From assembly GCA_002104905.1 (NCBI GenBank), contig MCFE01000400.1:1-64000 (forward strand): a stretch of 64,000 nucleotides of DNA. The letters run 5' to 3'. Under the pieces are notes generated by a model. It ran no database searches, was not told the origin of the DNA, and was given only the letters and a program-made list of their open reading frames with translations. This stretch comes from Basidiobolus meristosporus CBS 931.73. Its lineage: Eukaryota; Fungi; Basidiobolomycota. Each line of letters begins with the position of its first letter. Position 1 is the first letter of the stretch. Shown in pieces: positions 46,659 to 58,435 of this stretch. The position numbers and the translations under genes are program-made.

Positions 46659-47247
46659 GGACGGGGGGAAGGGGACGAATTCTGGCGAAAGGATCAAATA
46701 AGACAGGGAGCAGCGTCGGCTCTTTCCACATTATATGCGATGACACGGGATGATCAAATAATTCCATCAGGCAAGATTAGAGGCTAATTTTGGACACTGG
46801 GAAAATTCATTGCCACCCTCTATTAGACGGGATTAACAACAGGCCAGATGATTGGCAGGTGTCGTTTCAGGTCGAGCATCATTGAGCTTCTTCGGCCCAT
46901 GTGATATGGATGCTTATTGAAGTGCCAATATGCTTCGGCCATATACGAGGTTAATACCCTTCGTTTTGGTCAATATACGTCCAGATTTGCTATTCTAGGC
47001 GGCATGCGAGGCCCAAATAAGCTAGATACCACCAAGTTGTGCTTAATATCCATATATATGGCCCAATGAGTCCAGCCACAAAAGTCGGTGAACCGTGTAC
47101 TGGAGATGGACAGGACCACCACTGTTTCCTTGATTAGCCCTCATGTGACAAGCAGCGGTGGGTTCGATCGTACCACCGCGCTTCCATGGATCGATTCTGG
47201 ATTGATTAGGGACTGGATGCGATGGTTGATTCTGGATTTATTCAGGA

Positions 47248-47320
47248 TTATTCTGGTGATTTTCATCTCCGCCACTTCCATCAATTATTCTGGTGGTTTT
47301 CATCTCCGCCACTTCCATCA
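47248..47320. repeat. 37-bp tandem duplication downstream of myotubularin
   Basis: TTATTCTGGTG(A/G)TTTTCATCTCCGCCACTTCCATCA occurs twice. Confidence 0.85.
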
Positions 47321-47415
47321 TCAACGGCGACAAGAATAGGGTCATAGGGGGTGGGGATATGGTGGGTCGGCGGGTTCGATTTGGTAAACATACAAATATG
47401 TGGAGATGTATGGCC

Positions 47416-49647
47416 CTAGTGGACCCGAAGATTGCTGAGATTGGTGGACATCTCGATCATCCCCTCCTCCGAGGATTCGTTGATGTCTTCGTCCCGGCGG
47501 CTGAAGAGACCGCTCCAGTACTTGAGGTACTGAGTGTCGGGTGCGATGACCGGGTCTCGCTCATCTTGCGCTGGCTCGTACACCTGGTTGCGGAACTCCT
47601 CGATGTTCGAGTTGAAGTAGGACCAGACGGAGAAGGTCTTCTTCTCCGACTGCGCCTCGACCTTCTCCTTCTCGCAGTTGAACAGGAACGTGCCGAACTG
47701 GCAGGAGTACACGTGATAGTGCAGCTGGATCAAGAAGCGCTCGTTGAATTCGAATCGGGTGGGGTTTTGCGTCCAGATCTGATAGACGCAATCCAGGAAT
47801 TGGTGGAACACTGGGGAGGAGTAGCGTCCTTGGTTCTGCTTGAAATACCGGTGGTGGACATTGTTGAAGGTGCTGGCGGCCGCGTTCGTGGTCGTGTTCA
47901 CCAGGAAGTTTTTCTCGCTCGATAGATGGCCGCAACGCTCGGTGAATTTGTGCCCGAAAGACACCCACTCTTTCTCGATAAGAATCTCGAAGCCTCGGAT
48001 CGTCCTGTAGAACGGATCCAGACAAAGCTCGGCTAGAGCAGTCAGCTGGGAAGTTCTGTCCCATCCATCGGAGCAATGGACAAGCACGTGAGAGTTGTTC
48101 TGTGAGACGTTGTTCACTATCACCGCCGCCCCCTCCAGGATGGACCCCAGGTGTTTGAGCCAGTTCGTCTTGGACAGCAGCAGTTTGTTGACCACCCCGG
48201 AAGGGTCGGTGGATTGCATGGCTAGCAAATGGATTAACATGCGGGATGGGATGGTGAGAGGTCGTCTCTTTGGCCTTACCTTCGACCACCTTGTTCAGGC
48301 TGTCGCGCATCACGTGGATGTTGTCGATGCCGAGATACAACTTCTTGCAGTTTTTGTAATTCTCCATGTTCTCGGAGCCGGCGCCAATGGCAACGTTGGC
48401 CATGGCGTTGGCGGTGGGCCGTGCATCCACAATCAAGTTGGACATGCTTGGGGAGATGGAGTTCGGCGTTTTCGGGACGTTGCTGGCGAAGATGGCCTCC
48501 ACAAGCTTCTCATCCTGCACCGATCGAGCCTGCTTCAATCCGACCATTGGCTGGCTTGATCTGGAGATGGTGGCCTAATGGTATGGAGCAAAGGTTGGTT
48601 GATCAGTTCACTCAAATGAACGCTCAGTCTATTGTAAATAACAACCATATTGGGGCCGTGGATGTAGCTCAGCACGGGTATCCGATTTTTGCTGCGGTAC
48701 TTGGCAGCGTAGTTAATGACGGTGTCGCTGATCTTCCCGGGAACGGCGAGCACTCGAGGGTATGTCGAGCAAAGCTGGCCGGGGACGTTAGACTCAATGA
48801 GAGCGTAAGGGTTATGGGGATGCTGCATACCTGGAAATCCTGGTTGAGCTGTGTGAATCTCCAACTGCTACTTTTGGTTCCAACTCCCAGTCTTTCATAC
48901 TCCTCGATTGGATTGTAGATGGTCCAACCGTTGTCGACGGTGAACTTTGGAAATGGCTGATAAAAGAAAGCATAGAGCCGACTGATGGAATCTAAAAAAT
49001 CCGCCCAAATGTGGTTCTTAGCCATAGATGCCAGTACTTCTTGCCAACCCTGGCTGTGGTAAAACCTGCAAGGAAGACTATGCTATGCTGTCATTGAATA
49101 TCTTACCAACACATATCAGCTTCTGTATACTCTCAAAGACATCGATGGCGTCTCTCTCTCTCTCAATTAGAAGCGACACAAACAAGAAGTTGTGGCACTT
49201 GATGTTTAATGGATGGTAGCCGTTTGGGGTTAGCGCCTTTCGTTCCACCGTATGGACAATTGGGTAGGAGATCTACATGCAAGCCCAATGGAACCAACCG
49301 TTGGCGTTAGAGATGAACTGGAGATAGAAATACTGCTACTGGCTTTTGATAAGAAAAAGGATGTCCGACCCATAATTCCTGCTCAGGATGATTGAATATA
49401 AGTTGGTGTGCGGTTAAATGAAGTGTGCCTATGAATGCACGACGATCTTTCTCCAGCCGGACGTTATCGACCTGTTGGGGTGAAGCAATAGAAGTTAGTA
49501 AGCTGGTCTAGTTATGCTAGGGAGAGACCTGATTGTAGCGGATCTTGGCAAGAATCGTCTATTACTCAAGGTAGAGCCATCCCCTCCTTGCTCATACATA
49601 TGCTTGTTGTGAAGATGACTGACCTTCGCAATCTTGATGAAATCCAT
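47416..49647 (-). CDS. YMR1: Myotubularin-family PI3P phosphatase, 7 exons: 49647-49624, 49471-49370, 49272-49107, 48991-48831, 48774-48646, 48574-48280, 48221-47416 (560 aa)
   Basis: N-terminus MDFIKIAK|VDNV resembles yeast Ymr1. Catalytic VHCSDGWDRT; SSQPMVG, WVSFGHKF and PVFHQFLD motifs. All six introns are GT-AG and the exon lengths sum to 1683 nt, in frame. Confidence 0.95.
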
Positions 49648-50361
49648 GGCTTTTTATTCTGTATTCCAGTCAGTTGTCGGTACTACACCTCTAAAATTAT
49701 CGTGCTGTTCTAAAAGGGTTCGCTGAGAGCACTGCTAACTGGCAACCAGAAAAAAGGATAAGCAGTTGGAAGTCACAACTGAAAGCGACCTAAACAGATG
49801 GATAGCTATGTTGTGGTGGAATTGGTTAGCTAATTGGTGTCATCAAGATGGATTTTTGAGGGACATGGATTGCATAACTACTATCCCTACTAATAGGTTG
49901 CCATCAACGTAGACTATATGTTATGCCACTTTCCTAACACTCGCATAGGATAAGCCACCAGGCTATTCCAAATCACCTAGATCCCGTGGGATGAGTGGGA
50001 TGGGTGGGATGCGTTGTTTAAATCATCCAAATTCACTCAAATTCACCCAAATCTCATGGAACACAAGCGCAGAAAATTTTTCATTCCCTGGATGGTTCAG
50101 TTCTTGGGTTGGGACTTGTGGTGATTCCATGGTCAATCCCCAAACTAATTCCACTCCCCGCATTTTTTTGTATCCAGTCGACCATCCCATATTGTATTCC
50201 CTCCGTTCTGCTCACGTGACAAGGGCGGATTGCTCGAAATATTTTTTGCCCGCATACAGGATAAGCGGGAATCAGTAAAGCACATACTATTTCGCAGTTA
50301 GAATTGTGCGGCTTCGTTTCCCGCCAGTTCATGTTTGACTTGTTGCCTCTTAAACGCTTAA

Positions 50362-52836
50362 ATGGCTCACCCAAGGCTGTCTAAAGCGTCAAGTATATTA
50401 CGTGCTTGTTTACTTGTCAAAAGAGAAAAGCCAACCCTCAATAGCCTGCACATCCACCTCGGCCGCTACCAAGCAAACCACTCTTTCTCCACCACCCACA
50501 GTAACAACACGTTGTCGTCGAGCGCCGAATGCTCTTACACACTCAGCGACCCTTCCGACTCCGACAAAGACCTCCCCCCCTTCAACACGGCCAAGAAAAA
50601 CCCCATCCTTGCGCTTAGAGAGGCAGGGAAAAACAGCGCAGAGCGGGCGTACGATGTGTACATGGCGGCTCTACGGGACGGATTCACTCCGGACCTCAGG
50701 TTTTACACCCAACTGCTGAAGATTTGTAGAATTTATGGAAAGATAAACTTCGTATCCAAGGTATACTCGGATATGAAACTCACACGCACCTCTCCTGACA
50801 CTGTAGTATACAATATATTAATCGACGCATATACCAAAAGCTCCCAAGTGGACGTGGCTTCCTCGCTCTACCAAGAGATGCTCCGACAGAGCTGCCAGCC
50901 TACCGTAGTAACGTTTAGCACCCTAATCCATGGATACAGTAAGCAAGCCGACATGGCCCGGGCGATGCAACTGCTACAGGAGATGGCCAACAGAGATATC
51001 CAGCCCAACGTAGTAACATACACCACTCTCATCGACGGGTTCATGAAAAAATCCGATTGGAAGAGCGCTGTTTCGCTATATCAACAGATGCAGACCAAGA
51101 GAATCCACCCGAACCTGAAGACCTTCACAGTACTCATCGACGGCCTTCTCCACCACTCGCAAATCGACACTGCCAAGGGAGTATACGAACATATGTCGCG
51201 AATGAAAATCACCCCAAACGTAGTGACCTATTCCAGGCTCTTGACCGCTTTCATCAAGGCCGATCGGTGCCAAGAAATCGAACGTCTCAGGGCGGATATG
51301 GTACGAAACAGGGTTGCTCAGAACCGGCTAACCTACTCCTCCTTGGTCCACGGGTACGCGAAGATGTCGGAAGCAGAGAAGACATTGGACGTCTTTCAAG
51401 AGATGGTGCGGCACAAAGTCGATCCAGATCTAGGGATCTTCTCGGCCCTCATTCCATTTCTCGTTCGGGAATCTCGAGTGGAGCAGGCCATGTCGGTCTT
51501 CAGCAAGATGGCGGAGTATCAGATTCGTCCGACCGCGTTGATCTACTCTAGCCTGATCAACGGCTTTACCAAGCAACGGAGTATGCACCGGGCGCTTCAG
51601 GTGTACTACGAGATGCTGGGAAACAACGTGGCTCCAGACACCCAGACCTACACCATACTGATCGACGGCTACGCCAGAGTCCCGGATATGCAATCCGCGT
51701 CCAAAATCTATCAAGAGATGTTGACTAGCGGATGTGAACCTGACATTATCACATACAACACGCTTGTGAGCGGCTATTCCCGAGCGATGGAGATGACCAA
51801 GATCATGGAGATATGCGGCGATATGGTTTCCCGAGGGGTCATCCCCGACCGTAACTTCTACACCACCCTCATCGATGCATCCTCGAAGAACGGGAAACTT
51901 GAGGACTCCCTGAAATTCTTTCACCACATGCTCAAGCACGACATCCGCCCCGACTGCGTAACATACACGGCACTAATAGAGGCGTACGCTTCGAGGTCGC
52001 TGATGAAGGAGGCTACGCACACTTACAAGGACATGCTTAGTCTTGGCATTTGTCCCGACTCGGTTACCTTCCGGACACTAGTGGACGCGCATCTGAAAAC
52101 TTCCGACATTCATAGTGCTCACGAGATATACAATCAGGCATTGGAACACGGCATCTCCATCGACGTAACCGTTCCAAACAAACTGATCATTGAATATGTC
52201 AGGGGTTCGAACTTGGACGGTGCGATGAAGGTGTTCGAGGGCATGAAGCACTCCGGCATTGCCCCAGATAGTAACACCTACCTACCGCTGATACGAGCGA
52301 ACATAAGAACCAAGGATATACCCCGAATGTTCGGGCTGTACGCTGAGCTGGTAGAGATGGCAACCCCCAATCTTTCCGTGCATGCTGCCATGGTGGATTT
52401 TATCCAGGGGCGATACCAGACATATGGAGTCCCGACCGTCTTGAGGGAGCTCTCCAGGCTGCTTTCACCGCATCTGCTCTCCTGCTCAGTCCCGGTTCTG
52501 TTGGAGTCCAGCAGTATACATAAGACCAACTACACCATCCATCGCTACGCCAACACCCGGGGCGATTCACAGAAGCTAGCCAACACGGTATGGATGTGGC
52601 TAAAAGGCCAAAAGATTCCGCTGGGCTCCAGGGCGTACGAATCCTACATCGAACAGTTGTGTCGGCTCGGGGACTTCACCACCGCGCGCAAGGTGTTCCT
52701 GGAGGAGATGCCCCGAAAAGGTATCCGAGCCACACTCAACAGCTGCAAGGTCATGGTGAGACATCTACAACAAATTGGCTCGCACGAAGACATCAGGCGA
52801 GTGTACCACCTCTTCAAGGATATCAGCAGCCAGTGA
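50362..52836 (+). CDS. Pentatricopeptide repeat (PPR) protein, probably mitochondrial, 824 aa
   Basis: Long run of 35-aa repeats (PDTVVYNILIDAY, PNVVTYTTLIDGF...) and an R/S/L-rich N-terminus; no intron is needed. Confidence 0.96.
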   Translation: MAHPRLSKASSILRACLLVKREKPTLNSLHIHLGRYQANHSFSTTHSNNTLSSSAECSYTLSDPSDSDKDLPPFNTAKKNPILALREAGKNSAERAYDVYMAALRDGFTPDLRFYTQLLKICRIYGKINFVSKVYSDMKLTRTSPDTVVYNILIDAYTKSSQVDVASSLYQEMLRQSCQPTVVTFSTLIHGYSKQADMARAMQLLQEMANRDIQPNVVTYTTLIDGFMKKSDWKSAVSLYQQMQTKRIHPNLKTFTVLIDGLLHHSQIDTAKGVYEHMSRMKITPNVVTYSRLLTAFIKADRCQEIERLRADMVRNRVAQNRLTYSSLVHGYAKMSEAEKTLDVFQEMVRHKVDPDLGIFSALIPFLVRESRVEQAMSVFSKMAEYQIRPTALIYSSLINGFTKQRSMHRALQVYYEMLGNNVAPDTQTYTILIDGYARVPDMQSASKIYQEMLTSGCEPDIITYNTLVSGYSRAMEMTKIMEICGDMVSRGVIPDRNFYTTLIDASSKNGKLEDSLKFFHHMLKHDIRPDCVTYTALIEAYASRSLMKEATHTYKDMLSLGICPDSVTFRTLVDAHLKTSDIHSAHEIYNQALEHGISIDVTVPNKLIIEYVRGSNLDGAMKVFEGMKHSGIAPDSNTYLPLIRANIRTKDIPRMFGLYAELVEMATPNLSVHAAMVDFIQGRYQTYGVPTVLRELSRLLSPHLLSCSVPVLLESSSIHKTNYTIHRYANTRGDSQKLANTVWMWLKGQKIPLGSRAYESYIEQLCRLGDFTTARKVFLEEMPRKGIRATLNSCKVMVRHLQQIGSHEDIRRVYHLFKDISSQ

Positions 52837-53283
52837 ACTCCCGCCAGCACCGCATCCAAGTCACCTTTTCATCTTCTGGTAGATAGAATTCCCATCACAC
52901 ACATTCCTCCATCGCATTTCACACGACAGATTTTCCCCCACATCTGGCCCTCCTTTCCAGCATAGCACGTTCCTTCATGTATTATACACAAACCCCAATC
53001 TAATTCAAGTCGGCATCTTTCTAGATTAAACAACTGCAACACCACCACCACTACTCTTCAACGTTTCATCAATAAACTCGTGCTCTGTATGTATAGTACT
53101 TTGGCATCCATCTATCCGCTTCGATCGCCGTACCACAGACTGGATATGGGAAATCTACACATGCGCAGGTGGATGTACATGGAGTTTTATTGGTGGTTAG
53201 CGGGGACCCAAAATTCATTATAGACATAAATACATTAGAGATGGGTGAGGTGGGTGGTGTGTGATGGGATGAATGGTAAATGA

Positions 53284-54399
53284 TTACAGCAGGAAAGATA
53301 ATCGATGTGGCTCCCCATGAGTCCGGTATGTTTGGGAGGGATGGGTGAGCGGCTCCTCAGAGGTGGACCGCTTTTGGCCGGAGTCGATTTGCTCCTGGAT
53401 TATCGTCGCCTTGTATTGGGCCACCTCTTCGAGAGGAATCTCTATCAAGTAATCTTCCCAAGGTTCCGCTTTGTCGTTCTTGGGCTTGCCGAGAGTGGTT
53501 GCGGTGACCGTCTTTGGGAAAAGACCTGCTGGCGGCCCCTCTAGTTCTGGGGGGACGGAGAGGCTGTGAGAGAAGTTCGACTGCCCCTGACGGAACTTGG
53601 ATGAATGGCTAAGCTGGAGCGTAATGAGAACACATTGTATGGCCCCTAGTAGAAGAACAGTTAGCGCGGGAGGTCGGAAACGAACTTGCGTGGTGGCATA
53701 CTTACAGTCAACGTCGAAGAGGATCGAAGAGTTCTCTCCGAGCACCCCTCTAATAACCAAGCTCGGGGTGATGATGTTGGATACGGTGATCAGCAAGAAA
53801 AACCACATGCCGTCTTTCAGGAAGGATTTGTACACGGGGGACTTCTTCCTGCGATGGTGTTTGTAGATCACGGTGAGGAAGCAGCCGCTGAGGAAGGCGT
53901 TCAAGGTCCACAGGCAGGAGAACCACAGGATGGCTATCAAGGGGTCGGGAACATTTCCGCAAGCGCCGAAGACCGACCTCGTGTATACGGCGGTTATTGC
54001 GTGCCACGAGTGCAAGGCAATCGACGCTGCCAAGCAAACACCACCTACAGCGTAGATGACTACGTGGTGCTGGTTGCTCACGGTGGCTTTTATCAGCAGG
54101 ATGATCATGATACAGTCGAGGGAGAATTCGTGGGCATAGTTGGTGACAAAGGCAACTATCTGGCAGTTGGCCTGCACGTGCAATAACGGAAGCAGAAACG
54201 CCAACTCCCTCACTGGCCCAAGAAGGTTTGCCAGCAAACATAGCCAATAAATGAGCTGTCGATTGTGGTAAAGCATTTGGGCCGACTGGGCGATACACCA
54301 AATGAAGCAGTACATGACCATGGACAAAATACATATGGATGTCTTTTCCGAAAGGATCGTGTCCACCAATGCGGGACTTAGGTTCGTCGAGGCGTCCAT
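53284..54399 (-). CDS. Seven-transmembrane, GPCR-like protein; exons 54399-53706 and 53645-53284 (351 aa)
   Basis: Seven hydrophobic segments, Cys in two predicted extracellular loops, and a long polar C-tail. A 60-nt in-frame intron (GTAAGT...GCTAAC...TAG) gives DVDW|AIQ once removed. Confidence 0.8.
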   Translation of the reverse strand: MDASTNLSPALVDTILSEKTSICILSMVMYCFIWCIAQSAQMLYHNRQLIYWLCLLANLLGPVRELAFLLPLLHVQANCQIVAFVTNYAHEFSLDCIMIILLIKATVSNQHHVVIYAVGGVCLAASIALHSWHAITAVYTRSVFGACGNVPDPLIAILWFSCLWTLNAFLSGCFLTVIYKHHRRKKSPVYKSFLKDGMWFFLLITVSNIITPSLVIRGVLGENSSILFDVDCKYATTQVRFRPPALTVLLLGAIQCVLITLQLSHSSKFRQGQSNFSHSLSVPPELEGPPAGLFPKTVTATTLGKPKNDKAEPWEDYLIEIPLEEVAQYKATIIQEQIDSGQKRSTSEEPLTHPSQTYRTHGEPHRLSFLL

Positions 54400-54915
54400 A
54401 TTAACGACCACTATACATCAACGGGTGCGAGCTTGTCTATGGACAGCTTAATGGGCGAAGTCGAGTGAGAGAGACATCCGTTGAGCAATATATAAGGCCG
54501 GGTTTTCAGAGGCCCAATGAAAATGTTTTTACCATGTTACACCCCCGACGTGGACTTGGAGTGATAAAGGAAAACAACAAGCATGTTCACGCGAAAATCC
54601 GTCCCAAAACCTGTCCAGTCATGGCCGCTGAATCTGCGTGATACAGGGACAACTAGCAGCGGGAGGATTCATTTTTCGGCATGTTGCAGGGCCTAGTGCT
54701 TTGTGCCACATCGGTTACTAGATTCCATGCGAAGAGGTAGAATCTACATCGGATCACTGTTTCTATTGACCGGGTATGACCGTCCCACCATCAAATAGAT
54801 TGCGATTGCGTTTTTGGGGCCGGTTGCTCGGCTTATATATGGCTTGCAAGCACTGCTGCCACTCATACTCATTTGCAATCCGTCTTCAATATTGCTGTGA
54901 TTAACGCGATCCAAA

Positions 54916-56542
54916 ATGAATAGGAAGTTCTCTCTGCTTCTGATCGCTGCGTTCGCTGGGGCCGCGGTCTCCCACAATCTTCCTGTTGAGGCTACCAGTT
55001 ACGCCAGATGTCCTACAACCTACGTGTCGGACGGTTTCTTACGAAGCCTCAGCCGCACTGTTTCTTCTCAAACCAAGATCGTGCTCCCCAACTCTGAGGA
55101 ATACCCACAGGCTCTACACCATTGGTCCGAGACAGCCGAAGTTCACTCAGCAGCCGTTGTCCGACCAAAAACCTCTCAGGATCTTTCCAACATCGTAATG
55201 ATTCAGCCTCTATCCATTTGTTTCCTAAGCTAACTGCATTTTCAGATCAAGCTGGCTTCCAGCTACGGGATCGACTTCGCGGTCGTTTCTGGCGGTCACA
55301 ACAACGATGGAGCGTCTAGCACCAAGGGCTTGCTCATCGACCTTTCACAGTTCAACCAAGTCCAGCTTTCCGGCGACAAGAAGACCGTCACCGTGGGAGC
55401 TGGTCTTCGATGGGGCGCGGTGTACAAGCAACTCACTCCCCACAACATCTCCTTGGTGGGCGGACGCGTTAGCTCAGTTGGAGTAGGTGGGTTCACCTTG
55501 GGCGGTGGGTACGGCTGGAAATCCGGAGAGTACGGCCTTGCGGCTGACAACATCATCTCTGCTGAGATGGTCCTTGCCAATGGTAAGGTCGTGACTGTTT
55601 CACCCACGGAAAACGCAAACTTGTATTTCGGCATTCGTGGGGGCGGTGGCCAATTCGGCGTGGTTACGAAGTTCGTGTTCAGGGCATTGGAGCAGGAAAA
55701 CCAGATCTTCTCCGGATTCTACTCCTATAACAAGGACCAAGTGAAAGACGTCGCCGTGGCCATGGAGAAATGGGTGGCTGACAACAACGATCCCAAAGCA
55801 GGAGTGATGCTGATTTTCGCTAGACCACCACCCAGCTTTGATGTAATAATTGATAGCATTGAACCATTCTCTTGATTCCTATGGGAAGCTAACCAAATTT
55901 CCCCAGGCGGTTCCCGTGGTTCTGGTATGGTACGATGGCCCCGCTTCGGTCGGCAAGCCCGCCTTCAAAGCTTTCCAAGATCTCAAGCCAGACTCCGACT
56001 CCACTGCCGAGGTGTCTTTCGAAGTTGGAAACACTCTGCAAGACGATCTGGTAACCGATGGAGACCGCAAAACCATGTCCTCTGTCGCCTGGAAGACCAT
56101 CACCAGCGAAATGATCCTCAAGGCCCACGAGTTTTATGTTAACTTCACCTCCAGCGTTCCCGATACCGCCCAATCCTCCATTCTCATCGAGCCAGTATTC
56201 CGCAGCTCCTTTGAAGGCATCAAGGACACCGACTCGGCATATCCCCACGCTGAGGCGCTTCATGTTATTGGCTTGGTCCCACGCTGGCCTCAATCCACTC
56301 AGGACGCAACAGTTAAATCCTGGATCGCCCAGGGAACTAAGCTGCTTCGCTCCCTAGAAAAGGACAATATCGTGTATCCCAACTACTCCATCTACAGCGA
56401 GCCTTTGAAAAACATGTTCGGGGCCAACCTAGAGAAACTCACTGCCTTGAAGGCCACATACGACCCGCAGTGCATCTTCCGTCACGGGTTCGTCTTCCCC
56501 ACACAGAACTGCCGTCGCTGCCCTGCTCCGGCATCCTGGTAG
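54916..56542 (+). CDS. Secreted FAD-binding oxidoreductase (berberine bridge enzyme-like); exons 54916-55194, 55246-55842, 55907-56542 (503 aa)
   Basis: Signal peptide; SGGH flavinylation motif; VGVGGFTLGGGYG; GGGGQFGVVTKF; C-terminal YPNY...LKATYDP. Two GT-AG introns with GCTAAC branch points. Confidence 0.93.
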
Positions 56543-56839
56543 CAATTTTGCAATAGTAGCGTTATAAAATAATTATTTCCACCTAATCTGGATCTTCATT
56601 AAATTCAATGATTTGTTCCTATATATGGCTCCATCGTTTAAGCTTATATTCCCCTAGAGGCTTTTGGTGTTGATCAAATCGTGATTGGCTTGCCATACAT
56701 TAGTTCGCTGTTGTGTGCGCCTTTCCATGTTCCACCTCGTCCCCATTCATATCCCCAGCATCCTGATTAGAAACAACTTGTCTATATTCAGTAATACATA
56801 TCGAATCTGCTGCTTTCGTCTCAAAATCTTGTCCGTCTG

Positions 56840-57651
56840 ATGAAGTGCGCAGTCTTCAACGGACCAGGCAGTGACTTGGAAGTGACCGAACCAGGGCCAC
56901 ATGAAATTTTACTAAAGGTCAGGACGTGGGGGGGGGGGTCTGTCATAGGTAGTGGAACCTCTACAGCCCTTGTCGATGTCACGTAAGCAATTGCGAATGA
57001 TTATATTCTTCAACACAAAGCCATTCTGGGATTGAGCTGTCCCCGGACCCCTGGCCACGAAGTGGTTTGCAGACTCCATCACCTGGGCGAAAATGCATAT
57101 GGACCGTACTATGCTGCCTTGGGATTGGTGCTAATTGCGAGCTGTCCTTGAAGGTATCTTCGCTGTATCATGTAGGCATGTGCATAGGTGTTGGTCGGAG
57201 TGGTGGCTATTGTGGAACCTGCGAAGCATGCCGTCGAGGTGCTTTCGTGGATTGTGATAAATATTGGGCTACTGGGGTGAAGCAGGATGGAGGATATGCG
57301 GAGTATATGGTTGCTAGACAAAGCGCTTGTTGCAGAATACCGGAAGGACTAACTTCCACTGTGGCCATCTCGAGTTAAGCAAGCAAAAGTCAAGAGTTGG
57401 GAGTTCATAACTATATCAACCAGTCCGGACAAGATGCTGTGGAAGAGCTGCAGAAATCGATCACTGTTACGGCACCTGGTGGTCAAGTGTCCAGATTAAT
57501 TGATGGTCTAGCATTTGAAGGAACTCTACTGGTTGTCTCGATGCTTCCTGAACCACTAAAAATCGACACAAACACTCTAATATCAAAGAGAGCGCATGGC
57601 CAAGTGGTATGCGCATACTCACGATTTCGAGCTGTCCTCGTCTTTGATTAG
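56840..57651 (+). pseudogene. Zinc-dependent alcohol dehydrogenase (MDR family) pseudogene
   Basis: MKCAVFNGPG...; PGHEVV; CGTCEACRRG...C; DGGYAEYM. Frameshifts and stops are present, and the GxGGxG Rossmann segment is missing. Confidence 0.82.
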
Positions 57652-57811
57652 ATACTATAATACAACATATAATACAATAAATGGATTAATTGAATTTCTG
57701 TTGCCTCGAAAACCGTAGCACTATTGCGGACCTGATCACGTGACCCGGGGTTTACTCCATTATAAGGCGGTCCCTCGCTAATTCCCACACTAGCATTATT
57801 AGCTAATCGAC

Positions 57812-58435
57812 ATGACTAGAATCGAGACAAATAGGCTTCGTTTAGTCCCGATTATCGAAGAAGATATTCCGGCTGTAGCGGAGTTCTTTCTGCAGCTGAA
57901 CTTGGACAAAAAGTTCACCAAAATGGCCTGGGGCCAGGAAGAGCCGATTCACGCCACTCTGGAAGAGGTGACCAACCGGGCCGTGCAATGGAAGGAGGCC
58001 TTCGAGAAGTTTGGCATGGGGTGGTATTTTGTCCGTCTACGCGAAACGCAGGAGCCCATAGGGTACGTCTTCATACGTCCTGTTTTGGAAAGTCAACTTC
58101 AATACACGCGGGATTCCCATCCAGAAGTGGATCCTGCCACATTTCAGGCTCGTCCGGGGGAGATTGAACTTGGCTATGGGTTTGCCACTGTCGCTTGGGG
58201 AAAAGGCTACGCCACAGAGGCGGTCCGGCGGATACTTGACCACGGCTTCCAAAACCTCAATGTTCCTTTTATCTCTGGAGCTGCCCTTACCGACAATGTT
58301 GGAAGCCAAAAGGTGATGGAAAAAGCTGGTATGACCGAAATCAAGTCCGGAGGCCCTTCCTACTACGGCGTCGAGGATAAATATTATGAAATGACCCGCA
58401 AACAATGGGAGCAAAAAGAGGCACATTCCCTGTAG
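57812..58435 (+). CDS. GNAT N-acetyltransferase, RimJ/RimL family (207 aa)
   Basis: IETNRLRL; ELGYGFATVAWGKGYATEA; NVGSQKVMEKAGM; intronless. Confidence 0.93.
   Translation: MTRIETNRLRLVPIIEEDIPAVAEFFLQLNLDKKFTKMAWGQEEPIHATLEEVTNRAVQWKEAFEKFGMGWYFVRLRETQEPIGYVFIRPVLESQLQYTRDSHPEVDPATFQARPGEIELGYGFATVAWGKGYATEAVRRILDHGFQNLNVPFISGAALTDNVGSQKVMEKAGMTEIKSGGPSYYGVEDKYYEMTRKQWEQKEAHSL

Noticed and set aside
49472-49623. snoRNA in the longest myotubularin intron
   Set aside because: No C/D box pair or H/ACA pattern could be identified.
45859-49647. Functional cluster of two PTP-superfamily phosphatases
   Set aside because: They belong to distant subfamilies with different substrates, so the adjacency is probably coincidental.
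50212-50220. TCACGTGAC E-box (also at ~57736)
   Set aside because: A plausible bHLH/Cbf1-type site, but a short motif with no independent support.
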